Of a stretch of DNA of 64,000 nt, positions 52,626-64,000 are shown piece after piece (position 1 is the stretch's first letter; each line of letters opens with the position of its first letter). The notes below the pieces were generated by a model, which searched no databases, had not been told where the DNA came from, and saw nothing but the letters and a program-made list of their open reading frames with translations. A program made the position numbers and the translations under genes. Source of the stretch: Lytechinus pictus (lineage: Eukaryota); assembly GCF_037042905.1 (NCBI RefSeq), contig NC_087251.1:23500001-23564000 (forward strand). Reading direction: 5' to 3'.

Positions 52626-52739
52626 AAACTGACAGCTGAAATTGTGTACCACAGACCCTCTGATCCTCTCAACCACATGCTGTCTGAATTGCAGAAAATG
52701 AAGAAAGAGAGAGATGCTCAGCTTGAAGCTAGCATCTAG
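52626..52739 (+). CDS. TEX55-like: Coding exon 2 (terminal) of the TEX55-like gene; spliced product 196 aa
   Basis: Pyrimidine tract plus TTACAG acceptor at 52625. In-frame KLTAEIVYHRPSDPLNHMLSELQKMKKERDAQLEASI* completes the YxxPxDPLxxM pattern of RIIa/Dpy-30-like docking domains. Confidence 0.8.
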   Translation, partial: KLTAEIVYHRPSDPLNHMLSELQKMKKERDAQLEASI

Positions 52740-55700
52740 TCATTCACCATCAGTCTGACTTTACCTCCAGAATCATCTTGCCTCGATAGAAGAGTTAGAT
52801 CATGAAATGCTGATATTTGAAGGAAAATGCTGTACTTCTGATATCATGGAGATTAACTTGGGAGAGTTTCACTATATGAAAGCCCTTACAACTTGGCTGG
52901 CAACCATTCAGTTTATTGATTTTAGCATATGCCAAGACAAGACTAAAAATAAAACAATTTGCTGTAATTGTCCGCTTCATTGCAAATGATTAAAAAAAAT
53001 CAGTGTCTTGTTTTAACTTAATCATTCTCAAGATGAGGGAAAAACTGAAATACTGTAGTAAAATAATTTCCTCTTCATTATATTAAAATGACTTAAAAGA
53101 AAGTGGGGCAGTGTCTATTGTACACTTCCAAAGCATCAAAGCCATTATGGCTAAAGATTCAAATCTCAGTTGTGCATACATGTGTTCAATTAATGTCAGT
53201 TCTGTTGGCCCAATGCTGTATGAATTAATATGGGATTGCACACTGGGAAGGCAGGGTCATAGTGCCCACACACAGGCTGCTCAGTTCAGACATACCATAC
53301 AAAAACTATTGTAGATGTTCAGTTTGCTAGAGAATAGTTTTTAAATCAATTCATTGAATGAAGAGGAAGTTTCATCAACATGTAAAACAGTATTAATGAA
53401 TGCTGTGCAGTCTACATTTTTGTATGCCTATCTTCTATAATTTTGTTAGTTCTTATATGTTAGGTGGTCTTTGTAATAATACCAGTGTGTGAAAATATGC
53501 CTAAATTTTGATAAAATTATTAGCAGATCGCTATTAAGCATAGCAGATGTAAATTGTGAAAATTTATGCTTAAGCATAAACAATCCCCAAAATAGCCAGT
53601 ATACAATACTCATATTATGGTGTGAAAAAATGGTGCTATGTAAACAAGCAAATAAAATCAGATGAAGTGATTACAAAAAAAAGAATTATGGCATTAGTAT
53701 TGTACAATAGTTATGAACAGATGCTGTAGTGAGCAATTGTATAAGCGACAAGCAATGTATTACTGAACATGCGCATTTACGCTGATGAGGAGAAAAAAAC
53801 TTCCTTGTTTTTTCTAAAAATATCAAAATATTGTCAAAATAGCTAATGGTTTATTTTCTTTGAATTGTAGAACTTTGGTTATTTTGTTTTAATTGTACAA
53901 CTTTTACCATAGAAAATACACATGTGGTAATGCAATACAATTTTTAAGTCATTAAAATATTGCATACTAGTATATGGGAAGAGGGGTGAAATTAGAAAGT
54001 GATAGTCTACAGAGACACTTGATATTGGCAAAAATTTACAATCTGTATTTTCTGGAGATACATGAACGTGTATGTGTGAAATCGTGCAGGAATTTTGATA
54101 AATTTTAAGAAATATTGTAACATGTTACATGTAATTTCCATTTGACATGATATTGACATATATTTGACATGATTGAGTTAATTGAGTGTTAGGCAATATC
54201 ATGTACTTCCATAAATACAACATGTAGTTTAACGCTAGTAAAAATATAGATTGAAAACTATCGTCTTTTGACAGATACATTTCTCATGTTTCATCTTCAT
54301 GTAGAAGAAGGAAGTAAAGAAGGTATCTACACTCCTTTAACAGCCAAGTTGTTTTGAATGAAAAGAAAACAATCGTACATCTACATGTAAAAATAGAAAT
54401 TTAACAAAATTAGAGGTACAATAAGTTATGCCATACTATACAGCATTACATTATTTTTTAAAAATAAAGCTTTTCATATAATGGGCAACATGCAAATGAG
54501 GAGCCAATGATGTCTCATACTCACACCAACTATTTTTGTACCCAAAGAACGTTTGAAATCACATTTAAATATGATATACAGATGTATTTCATATACAAAA
54601 GAAGTAGTGCGACACCATAGACTCTTGTTTGCATAGATCTACACATGTTGTGTACATTGTAGATGACTGTTTTGTGAAGAAAAGAAAGGTTTGAAATATC
54701 ATAAATTACTTAAATAATCCTTACTGACATTCCCCATTGTTGATCATTTAATCTTCACAGATTTATTCAAATTAACTTGCAGTTCAGATGGAATCATGCT
54801 TCAAAGTGAAGAAGTTACAAAGTATGAAATCAAAATCTCTCAAGTCACAATTGAATAAATAGATCATACCAAAGATCATGTACATGTAGCTTGTTCATGC
54901 TATATTGTATGTTATTATATTTGCATGTTATATTTTATATATATGTCAATACAGTGTTATCTCATGAATCATTGATTATATAGTGACATCAATACGAGTG
55001 TTATTCTGCTGTAACAATTAATAACTTATATTACATGTAGATTGTAACAGTATAACAGGCGTCTGTAAAGTGTAGATTGTGAAATTTTATGTTAAGTGCA
55101 ACAACACATTCAGCAGGAGTCTGGTCGTGTTTTACACTGATTCTTGGACAGATCACTGAAACACATCTGTCGCTGGACTATCTTAATGTAAATTATATAA
55201 CTAAAAGCGAACTTATATCATCACTGTGTGATTTGCATCATTTATTTTGCATTCAGGTTGATTTGCTCTCTCACAGAGCAGTCAAAACTTAAATATGCTG
55301 TGACTATTCACTCAGATTCATGGAACCTTAATTTTCCATGATAGTTATTTGTTTTTTGTTTGAATAAAACTTTGAAGAAAATATTGGCATATGGATTGTA
55401 ATAGTTATGGGACCATGGCTCGGAAGGTGGGTGGTTGATTCTCTTTTTGGCAACTTGGTGGCATACATGTAGGATGCAGTAGTTATTACCAAATTTCCTT
55501 CTGTTTTTAATAAACTGAAATGTTAAATTCTTGCTATAAAAAAAGAGTGCCATTTAATATAATTCTGCTTTATATATATTTTTTATATATTTCTAAGGAG
55601 TTTGAGTATTGGTACGTATATGTATATTCATGAATATGCAGTTTTACATTTATTTTAAAAAGTGATTCAATCATTGCTATTATTCCTATGTCTTGAAGGA

Positions 55701-55745
55701 AGAAAGCTGAAGCAGATTTACAAAAAATAAATACATGTACAATAT
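52740..55745 (+). other. Probable 3' UTR / downstream transcribed region of the TEX55-like gene
   Basis: Follows the stop codon; U-rich, no long ORF; AATAAA at 52948, 53651 and 55726. The true end cannot be determined. Confidence 0.35.
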
Positions 55746-55840
55746 ATTCAGAACTTATGGTGAAAAGATTTTGGGTATTGCTTTCAAGGTTTAGAATGAG
55801 TATGTGTGAATATCAAGTTGTGCATGGGTTTTTTTTAATT

Positions 55841-56173
55841 GGTGTAATGCCAATTCGTCCAATTACCAATTTGTCTATTATCATTTGGTCTACCATCAGT
55901 TCATCCATTATCTACAAGGTCTAATTGCCAATTCATCCATTCATCATTTCATCAAATAACCAGTTGGTCCAATACTCATTTAGTCCATATACCATTTGGT
56001 CTAATCGGACTAAGTGTTAATGGGCGAAATGAATGAAAATAAAATATTATACCAACTGGTTATGAGACGAAGTGATGATTGGACCAATTGGTTGTTAGAC
56101 AAAATGTTGGACGGAATGGCATTAGACTAAATGAAGGTAGACCGTGTGGTGAGTAGACAAATTGGCAATTTAC
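55841..56173. mobile_element. GGTCTA-family MITE, CpG-decayed copy
   Basis: Colinear with 11722-12075; several CG replaced by CA/TG. Confidence 0.8.
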
Positions 56174-56636
56174 CTTTGCATTGTTCTACCAGCAAATCAT
56201 CTAACTTGGCATAATACATATTTGTTATAATTACCATTCGGTACAACTATTATTCTACTATTATTCTAATACTCACTTGGTCTAAGGTTAGTCTAAAGCC
56301 CAGCTGGACTAACTCTCCACTTATTTTGTCTACGTTTTATTTTGCTCTTCATCAAATAAAATTGGATTCATACACAGTTAATCTAATGTGGTTTAAGATC
56401 AAGTGGCTATTAGATGAAATGGTTATAGCATAACTGGAGATTAGACCAAATGGTGAAAGGGCTAAATGGCAATTAGACCATTGAGACTAAATGGAAAATA
56501 GACAAAGTGGATGGAGACTCTAAATTGCAGTTTACCTTGTATAATAGGCAAGTATAAATAACCTTTGGTGAAGGCGATAGTATCCACATATTAACTGCTC
56601 ATGAGGATGACAATATGGTGTAAATTATCATTCCTA

Positions 56637-57296
56637 GGGTGCTTTCATACCAGCCCTTTTACCCCAAACTTTGAAAGGATATTTCGGTCTTTATAATCTT
56701 CCTGTAAACTCTTACCCTCGCTAAGATGGTTTTCCCCATCCAACTGAGTTTACCCAAAGTAATTTCATGAGCCAAGCAGTCACTCATTCACAAAGATATC
56801 TAGGATGTTGAGATAATAGTACTAACAGTATTAAGAATTCTTCCTTAGGTTAAGGATCTGTCTCTCTAGATGGTTTGAAACTAACTCGATCACAAGAGTC
56901 CCCGTTAAATTAGTTTTTCAGGCTAAAAAATACCTGTTCATTATTCACGCATTCACACCGCCCCGAAACATACCCTTCGGGATATGTTCCTGAAGTTATG
57001 AGCATGCGCACTATTCAAAATCGCTACCTCAGCAGCATACACTCACGGCGCCCGCATCCAACTTCACGCTTTGCTAAAAGTTCCCGTAATCACATTGCCA
57101 AAATACCTGTGACCTTGGAAAAATCCCCACGAAAGTTCTCATAATTTTGGCAAGTCCCCATTATTTAGCAGTTATTTTCTTTCGGGAAGATTACTCAAAA
57201 TTTGCTTTCACAGCTAAAAATTTGAAATTACCTGGTATTTTCCCCGATCAGAAAATACCTGGAACTGATGAACATCAAGGTGGTCTGAAACCACCC
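56637..57296. mobile_element. Harbinger-like MITE
   Basis: GGGTGCTTTCATACCA ... TGGTCTGAAACCACCC (14/16 inverted match). Confidence 0.55.
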
Positions 57297-57976
57297 CATG
57301 TTCCTGCATTGGGCCACCCATGCAATTTGCCTGCTGAGTGCTCAAATAATAGCTGCATGCTCAAGGCAAACATTGATTACTTGTTGCTTTTTAGATAGTT
57401 CCATTTTGTCCCCAAAAAAATCAGCTATTGTTGGTTATACCTCTCATTTTGTCGGACACAAACATTTCCTTTTTTTTTACTAAAAAAAGTTGAAGGTAAA
57501 GGAATGTAGTTGCACTGAATACTGATTTTATGGGAAAGTGTAAAATCAAGGTTGATTGTGATCATATCATGTTAGCTATATATCTGGTTTATTTTCATAA
57601 ACCTAAATCTGCAAAATCATGAAGTAAAAGCTTAAAAATGACCACATTGGACATCACCAAAACAGATATGCACATGTAGGAGCAGTGTACTGTTACTGAG
57701 TGAAAAAGACCAGACATTTTGGTGGAATACCATGCTTATGAGTTTTGTCAATTTCTCAGCAATGACACATTTTCTACCACAATCATTTGGCACTTATTTT
57801 TTATTCATACATATAAACACTGGTAGTCATATATTGGATTCTGTTCAAACTCGTATTTTTTGTTATCACAACTGATATTTATGTTTAATTCATCCCTATC
57901 ACGACCATTGAGTTTGAACCTTACATGGTTCTATGGTATTTGCTTTGGTGACACCCTAACAGCAGACTTTATTGAA

Positions 57977-58947
57977 ACAAGTGGAATGCCTCTGGCCGTC
58001 TCACCTGCATCACGCGATTCAATATAGCAGCAGTGCTGATTTTGAAAACTACTATAACTCGCACAAGATGTTCAGTGATACTTGGTTACTCTTATTTCCA
58101 CGTTTTATGAACTAGACCAATACACTTATAGAGATATGATGGCAATTCAACTAATACCCCCAACGTGGCCAAAGTTCTTTGACCTTACATGACCTTTGAC
58201 CTTGATCATGTGACCTGAAACTCGCACAGGATGTTCAGTGATACTTGATTACTATTATGTCCAAGTTTTATGAACTAGACCAACACACTTTCAAATTTAT
58301 GGCTGTAATTCAACAAATACCCCAATTTGGCCAAAGTTCATTGACCCTAAATGACCTTTGACCTTGATCATGTGACCTAAAACTTGCACAGGATGTTCAG
58401 TAATACTTGATTACTATTATGTCCAAGTTTCATGAATCAGATCCATAAACTTTCAAAGTTATGATGGTAATTCAACAGATACCCCCAATTCGGCCAAAGT
58501 TCATTGACCCTAAATGACCTTTGACCTTGGTCATGTGATGTGAAACTCAAGCAGGATGTTCAGTGATACTTGATTAACCTTATGTATAAGTTTCATGAAC
58601 TAGGTCCATATATTTTCTAAGTTATGATGACATTTCAAAAACTTAACCTTAGGTTAAGATTTTGATGTTGATTCCCCCAACATGGTCTAAGTTCATTGAC
58701 CCTAAATGACCTTTGACCTTGGTCATGTGACATGAAACTCAGGCAGGATGTTCAGTAATACTTGATTAACCTTATGGTCAAGTTTCATGAACTAGGTCCA
58801 TCTACTTTCTAAGTTATGCTGTCATTTCAAAAACTTAACCTCAGGTTAAGATTTGGTGTTGACGCCGCCGTCGCCGCCGCCGCCGCCGCCGCCGTCGCCG
58901 TCGGAAAAGCGGCGCCTATAGTCTCACTCTGCTATGCAGGTGAGACA
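57977..58947 (-). mobile_element. Second copy of the satellite-carrying Helentron-like element, opposite orientation
   Basis: Reverse complement of both termini of 16326-17803; about 4-5 units; longer (GCC)n tract. Confidence 0.8.
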
Positions 58948-59261
58948 AAAAGGGAGAAAAATTAACCAGCATAACACTGAAAATTTTGCCAAAATCAAAT
59001 ACAAAATATCCATATGATAGACTTAAAAAAAAAGTTTTGCTTGCTTTCACAAAATAGGTTTTCAAATTAGAGAGTCAATGGTGAAATACTATTTCTTTAT
59101 ATTTTATTACATAAAATATAAAATGTTCAATTTTTCGTCCAATAATGTAACATTCAACATGGTTAAATTCCTTATGGAAATTATAAAATTATTACAATTT
59201 ATTTTGATTTTGTAAAAATTTTCTTTGACAAGTCTATTAAAAGTGATATCTATCAATCAAT

Positions 59262-59415
59262 AGGGTACTCCAGGCTGAAAATAATCTATGAAGTAAATTC
59301 TTTAGAATGTCATAACTTAATATACCTTGTCCGATTTTTGATCAAATTTGTGTGTTGTTCATTTAAAAAAAAAATTATCTGTTCAATTCATATTATATTT
59401 AGCTTGGAGTACCCC
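59262..59415. mobile_element. Small MITE remnant
   Basis: GGGTACTCCAGGCTGAAA ... TTTAGCTTGGAGTACCC. Confidence 0.6.
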
Positions 59416-59421
59416 ATTATA

Positions 59422-59673
59422 ATACCCAACTTTGGCAAAAGGAAGCAAGTGACATATCAGTCAAATTTGAGTTATTGTTGTTTCTGAAACACCCTTTGTA
59501 CGTTGCACGTTCAGGCTAAATTTGAGGAAGAAATGATCGTTCTATGGAAAGATATTGAAGAAAATTTGCTGTTTAATTGCATCGACGCCTATGTAAATGA
59601 CGAACACACACTGCTCATTTACAACAAATGATACTTTTGTGACTTGCTTCCTTTTGCCAAAGTACGGCAGTAT
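59422..59673. mobile_element. ~250-bp MITE
   Basis: ACTTTGGCAAAAGGAAGCAAGT at ~59429 is inverted as ACTTGCTTCCTTTTGCCAAAGT at ~59642. Confidence 0.7.
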
Positions 59674-59939
59674 ATGTGCAACCCTATTGGCTCCCAAATT
59701 TGAATACTACACATGATGTGAATATAGCATGGGTAAGTTTTGATAAGGGAAATTAAAAAAATTACTTTGCATTTTACAAGGAATGTTGTGCTTTTTTTTT
59801 TCTATGTTGTTGGGGTGAAGTTGTTCTTAAATATTAGTGAACCAACTGGCAGCTAACTGTAAAAATAACTTTGAATAATAGCAACACCTTTTCCCCAATC
59901 AAAGATGGAAAAAAAATGCCAAAGAGACACCATATTTTT

Positions 59940-62900
59940 ATGAAAAGTTATTTAATATGACTTAATGATTAAGTCCAGATTGTACCATTTAAAATCAATG
60001 AATTGCTTCAATATACATCTAGTCTTGGAAATATATGTAACATGACATTTTATGCAATATTGTTTTTAAAAACTGAATGAAATTAACACTTTGGATGTTG
60101 ATTACAAGACAATGTGTATCTTAACCATTACGAAATTGTTAAGTTGTCCAGAATTTAATGACACTGATATACAGTTCATATTAATCTCTATTTCATAACA
60201 GCACGATATTGGGTCCTGTGCGAGAGAAAACCTGGGATATTAAAGATTTATGAAAATGTGTATTAAAACCAAGATCAAATAGTGTTCATTTACAAAGGGT
60301 TAAAAAATCTAGTGCCATCATGATGTGATACTCCTTCTTTATATTTTCATATTGACATTACAACCTTTGTAATTTTTTCCTTTTTTCTCATATTTTTACA
60401 ACATAAGCTTCATCAAATGCGTGTTCAGAACATCAATACTTTACCTTCTGAGGAATGCTGACAATTGCAACAAAAGTTCATTTCAGTTAGAATGCGTATG
60501 GTAATAACCTAGTAGAAAAAAAATCTAATCTATATGCAGCACAATACATAAGTACTTCTACTAATACTATCTAATTATATGTAATACTTTCATGCCAGTA
60601 TAATTGAAATATAAAATGTATCTACATTATTCAAAATTTACAAGATGTAAGAAAGTATAAAAATAAAAAAAGACCAGAGTGAAACTATTCACTTCAGCAG
60701 TTGTACTTCAGATATCCAGAGACACCCTGAACTACAAATAAAAAGGCATTACAATGTCAAATTTTCAAGACAGTTCTCTCCAGGAAACTTCGTAAAACAA
60801 TACAAAAAATTAAAATAAAAACAGAAGTATAAAATAATATTATCAAGCAGCCCATAGAGCTCAAAGAGAAAACATTTTACTGGGGAGAAACCCCCCCCCC
60901 CCCCAAAGAAACACACATTTAAAGTTGAACCTATTAATCTCCTCATATACGCCAATACTGCAATATTATGGTACTTTTACTAATGCACCTAGGCAAAACC
61001 CAGTTCATGTAAACCTCAGACTGAGGCATACTGGATATGTAATAGATCAGCCAGGATGCTGTACTCAACACAACAATTGTGCACCATCTACCAAAAGCAA
61101 AGCATTGTTCATTTTTTGTCACAAAAGAATGATTCATTAACAAAAATGATAGCGCACATAAAATGAGAGCATATTGTTTATCTACAAACAAGCCGCAACA
61201 TATGAAGGATAGGATGGAGCAACATTTCTGCCGAGGATCCGAGTCACAAAATAAAGAATTATTTATGCGAATAATCCATAATGTAAGAAGCTCTCACCAC
61301 ATTCTTTCATGACTTTCTATTTTTATGCTTACAATACTTTTTTGACCAAATATGAAATGCTCAGATTTACACAACATTTCATAAGTGCACTTTGGATCCA
61401 ACATTGCTAACAAAAATTAATTTAATGTAGTGATACCTTATATGGATGAACATGATTCTCTTTACTTTAATAAAAACCCTTGAAAGCTTCAATAGTTTTC
61501 ATATTTAATAGATCATCTGTTTTCATTGCTTTAAAGGTATGTATGATGCCTTTGCTTGGCTTAGACTTCATTGGAAGCCACAACATCTGCAAATACCTAA
61601 AATGTGAAGAATAAAATGTGATACAAATACAGACATTCTGTTCAAAATATTAATCAAATCCATACAAGAGCAATTAAACATATTTTTCATAATGTACACT
61701 GTCTGACTGGTACCAGAGATTGGGGTGGGGTGTCATTAAACAAAATACATGCCATGCAACCACGCGGTGACGAAGTGCCAGAATGGGATCATTTTTCCAG
61801 CCAAGAAGCATTGCCAGTGCCTTTTGGGCAAAAAATTATCATTCTTTTTAACTTCAACACAAATTGGCAGTCAGTGCAGATAAGGTAGCATTTTCTCTCA
61901 TTGATTGGTGTACATTTCAGTGTGTAGATTACAACATTCCTAGTGCATTTCTGAGATGATGTTTGCAGACCACAGTAATCCAGTATTCTTTCTCTTTCAC
62001 AACATTTTCATATCTGGGTTGTGTTTTATAAAACTGGTTTTATGCACGACTGGTGACCTATTCTTGCGTGCCAAATCAGATTCATTTCATTATAAAATTC
62101 AGGACAGGACAGGAGACCAAAGCACAAGAAAGGGTCACCAGTTGCATATAAAGTTGTACATAACTTACAGACAGATTTATGAAACAGTCTCTTGGACATT
62201 TATAATATGCCTATATCCACATCCATATCATTCTCTTTTGCTGTGTACCACAAAATGTATCATACTTCAACAAAAGTAAAATTGAATCAGAATTGAAAAT
62301 AAAAATTGAGACAAGAATTAGTAGAATTAAAAAATTAGTAGAATTATTTTTAAAATGTATACTTTACATGATTGAAGAATGGCAATATAAGTTTGAAGAA
62401 GCATTAAAAAAGCACTTAACGACAAAACAGTAATTCTATTCAACTATTCAGTTGCACAGCTCATTCTTAGAACTGATATTCCCATTTATTTTTTTAACAT
62501 TCAAAAGAACTACACATAATTTGTTCAATATGAAATACTTATGTGCCTTTATCAATTTGGTATGGTCTATGAAAGACATAAACAGACGAAAAATGGAAAG
62601 AACCAACATTCAAACCAGAATACATTCAAGTATATTGTGAAATGAGAAACAAGCAGTACTTTTTTAAAACAAAAATCTGATTGTCAATTCACATGATATG
62701 AAAAATGCCTGTAAAGAATTTTAAATACTGGGCAATTTGAGGATAATCTATGCAATTTCAAAATCTTCTCAAGTTACAAGGATATCTCAAATCGTACGTC
62801 TCCGATAATGGATTAACTAAAATTAGAAATAGAACTAGGGGAGTCATTCAGACCAGATTTACATGTGGTCCTAATGGACTAACTTCTGTGTGAGGGCAAG

Positions 62901-64000
62901 TTATCTTCATAACGGACAATTGTAATTCTAATTAACAGAATAATCCTTACTAAATACAAAGCTACGTTTACATATGCTCATAACAATTGAACTTTCCCAA
63001 GTTTTTAAGAACAGGTCACAAATTAGTATATTTACATACCTAGCTCTATACCAACAATAAGTTAAATGGCGAAAATGAATTTGAGATTTTTATATACAGT
63101 ATGAAAGATTGAATTGAACCAATTTAGGAGTATTTCTGAAAGAAATATAGCTTGAAGTTAGAGCTTTTACCTTTCACTATGAGTAGAAAAAAAAGTGCAT
63201 AGTGATTGAAAATGCTTTCACAGCATCATATTTTGAAAGCAGGTAAAATATAAGTCACTCTTTCAAATAGGGATATTGTCTACATACTGATTTTGAAGCC
63301 AAAATTACTATTGACTCTTTACAGAAAATCCTGACTAATTGTGGGTTTTTGAGCAAGACAATCACTGTTTATATATCTTGTGTCATGTTTCTAGAAATCT
63401 ACACTTTATAATACAAACCATCATTGAATTTGTAAGGCACAAAATATATTTTCTGTTTAAATTCTTCTCCATATATTTCAATCTTACTTTTTAACCTGAA
63501 AATACCATAATCCCTATTATGACTGTTGTACAGATAACATAAAGAACATGTGTTGACACCATAACAAATGCTTCAAATGTTATGAACCAGAATCTTGGCA
63601 GATTTACTGAATGATAGAACTCTGAATGAAGGCATATAGACATCCATATCTACAATCTTGTACAAAGTCTGCAATACATCAAATGCTATGAAAAAGAGAG
63701 ATAATGTATCATGGAATGAATCTTGTATATATCTCCATCAATCGACATTGTTTGATTTCAAGAAAAGAATGGTTGAAAAAATCTGATTCATCCTCATGAA
63801 CAAGAAATAGATAGTATACATTCAAGTGTTTGTTGGAAGACATTGTAAAATCATTTTCTAATATGATTTTACAAGGGGGCATAGTCCTACTAAATAAAAC
63901 CTTGAAGGGTAAAGTAATTATCTACCATAGAAACTTTGATTTTAATTGGTTAATGAGCTCTGTTACCATAGTTGTAACCTTGGATGGCAAAGTTACCATA
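59940..64000 (-). other. Possible long 3' UTR of a convergent gene beyond the window end
   Basis: 4 kb with no recognisable transposon and CpG-poor; the minus strand is U/G-rich; ATTAAA on the minus strand at 59951-59956. No coding exon seen. Confidence 0.3.

Noticed and set aside
1..64000. tRNA, rRNA or known microRNA genes
   Set aside because: None recognised by eye; this does not exclude them without tRNAscan, Rfam or miRBase searches.

Overview
AT-rich eukaryotic (animal) genomic DNA, not prokaryotic. The repeat families and composition suggest an invertebrate deuterostome such as a sea urchin (inference only). About the first 51 kb is a gene-poor region packed with nested non-autonomous DNA transposons (IS3EU-, hAT-, Harbinger-, Tc1/mariner-, Kolobok- and CACTA-like MITEs, plus two Helentron-like satellite carriers). 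It also holds truncated LINEs (CR1/L2-group and L1/Tx1-like), trinucleotide microsatellites and short unique islands that look cis-regulatory. One convincing host gene is present: a two-coding-exon, 196-aa TEX55-like protein (51467-52739, +) with an acidic N-terminus and a C-terminal RIIa/Dpy-30-type docking domain. From about 52.2 kb to the end the sequence is strongly CpG-depleted and UTR/intron-like. The most unusual structure is a 5.7-kb foldback element (6560-12274) with TATGG...CCATA termini and a perfect 6-bp target duplication. Its ~830-bp inverted arms are mosaics of other transposons, and one arm was later split by a LINE. No CRISPR array, rRNA or tRNA was recognised. Almost all listed ORFs are spurious. 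All comparisons were made by eye, so counts and internal boundaries are approximate.
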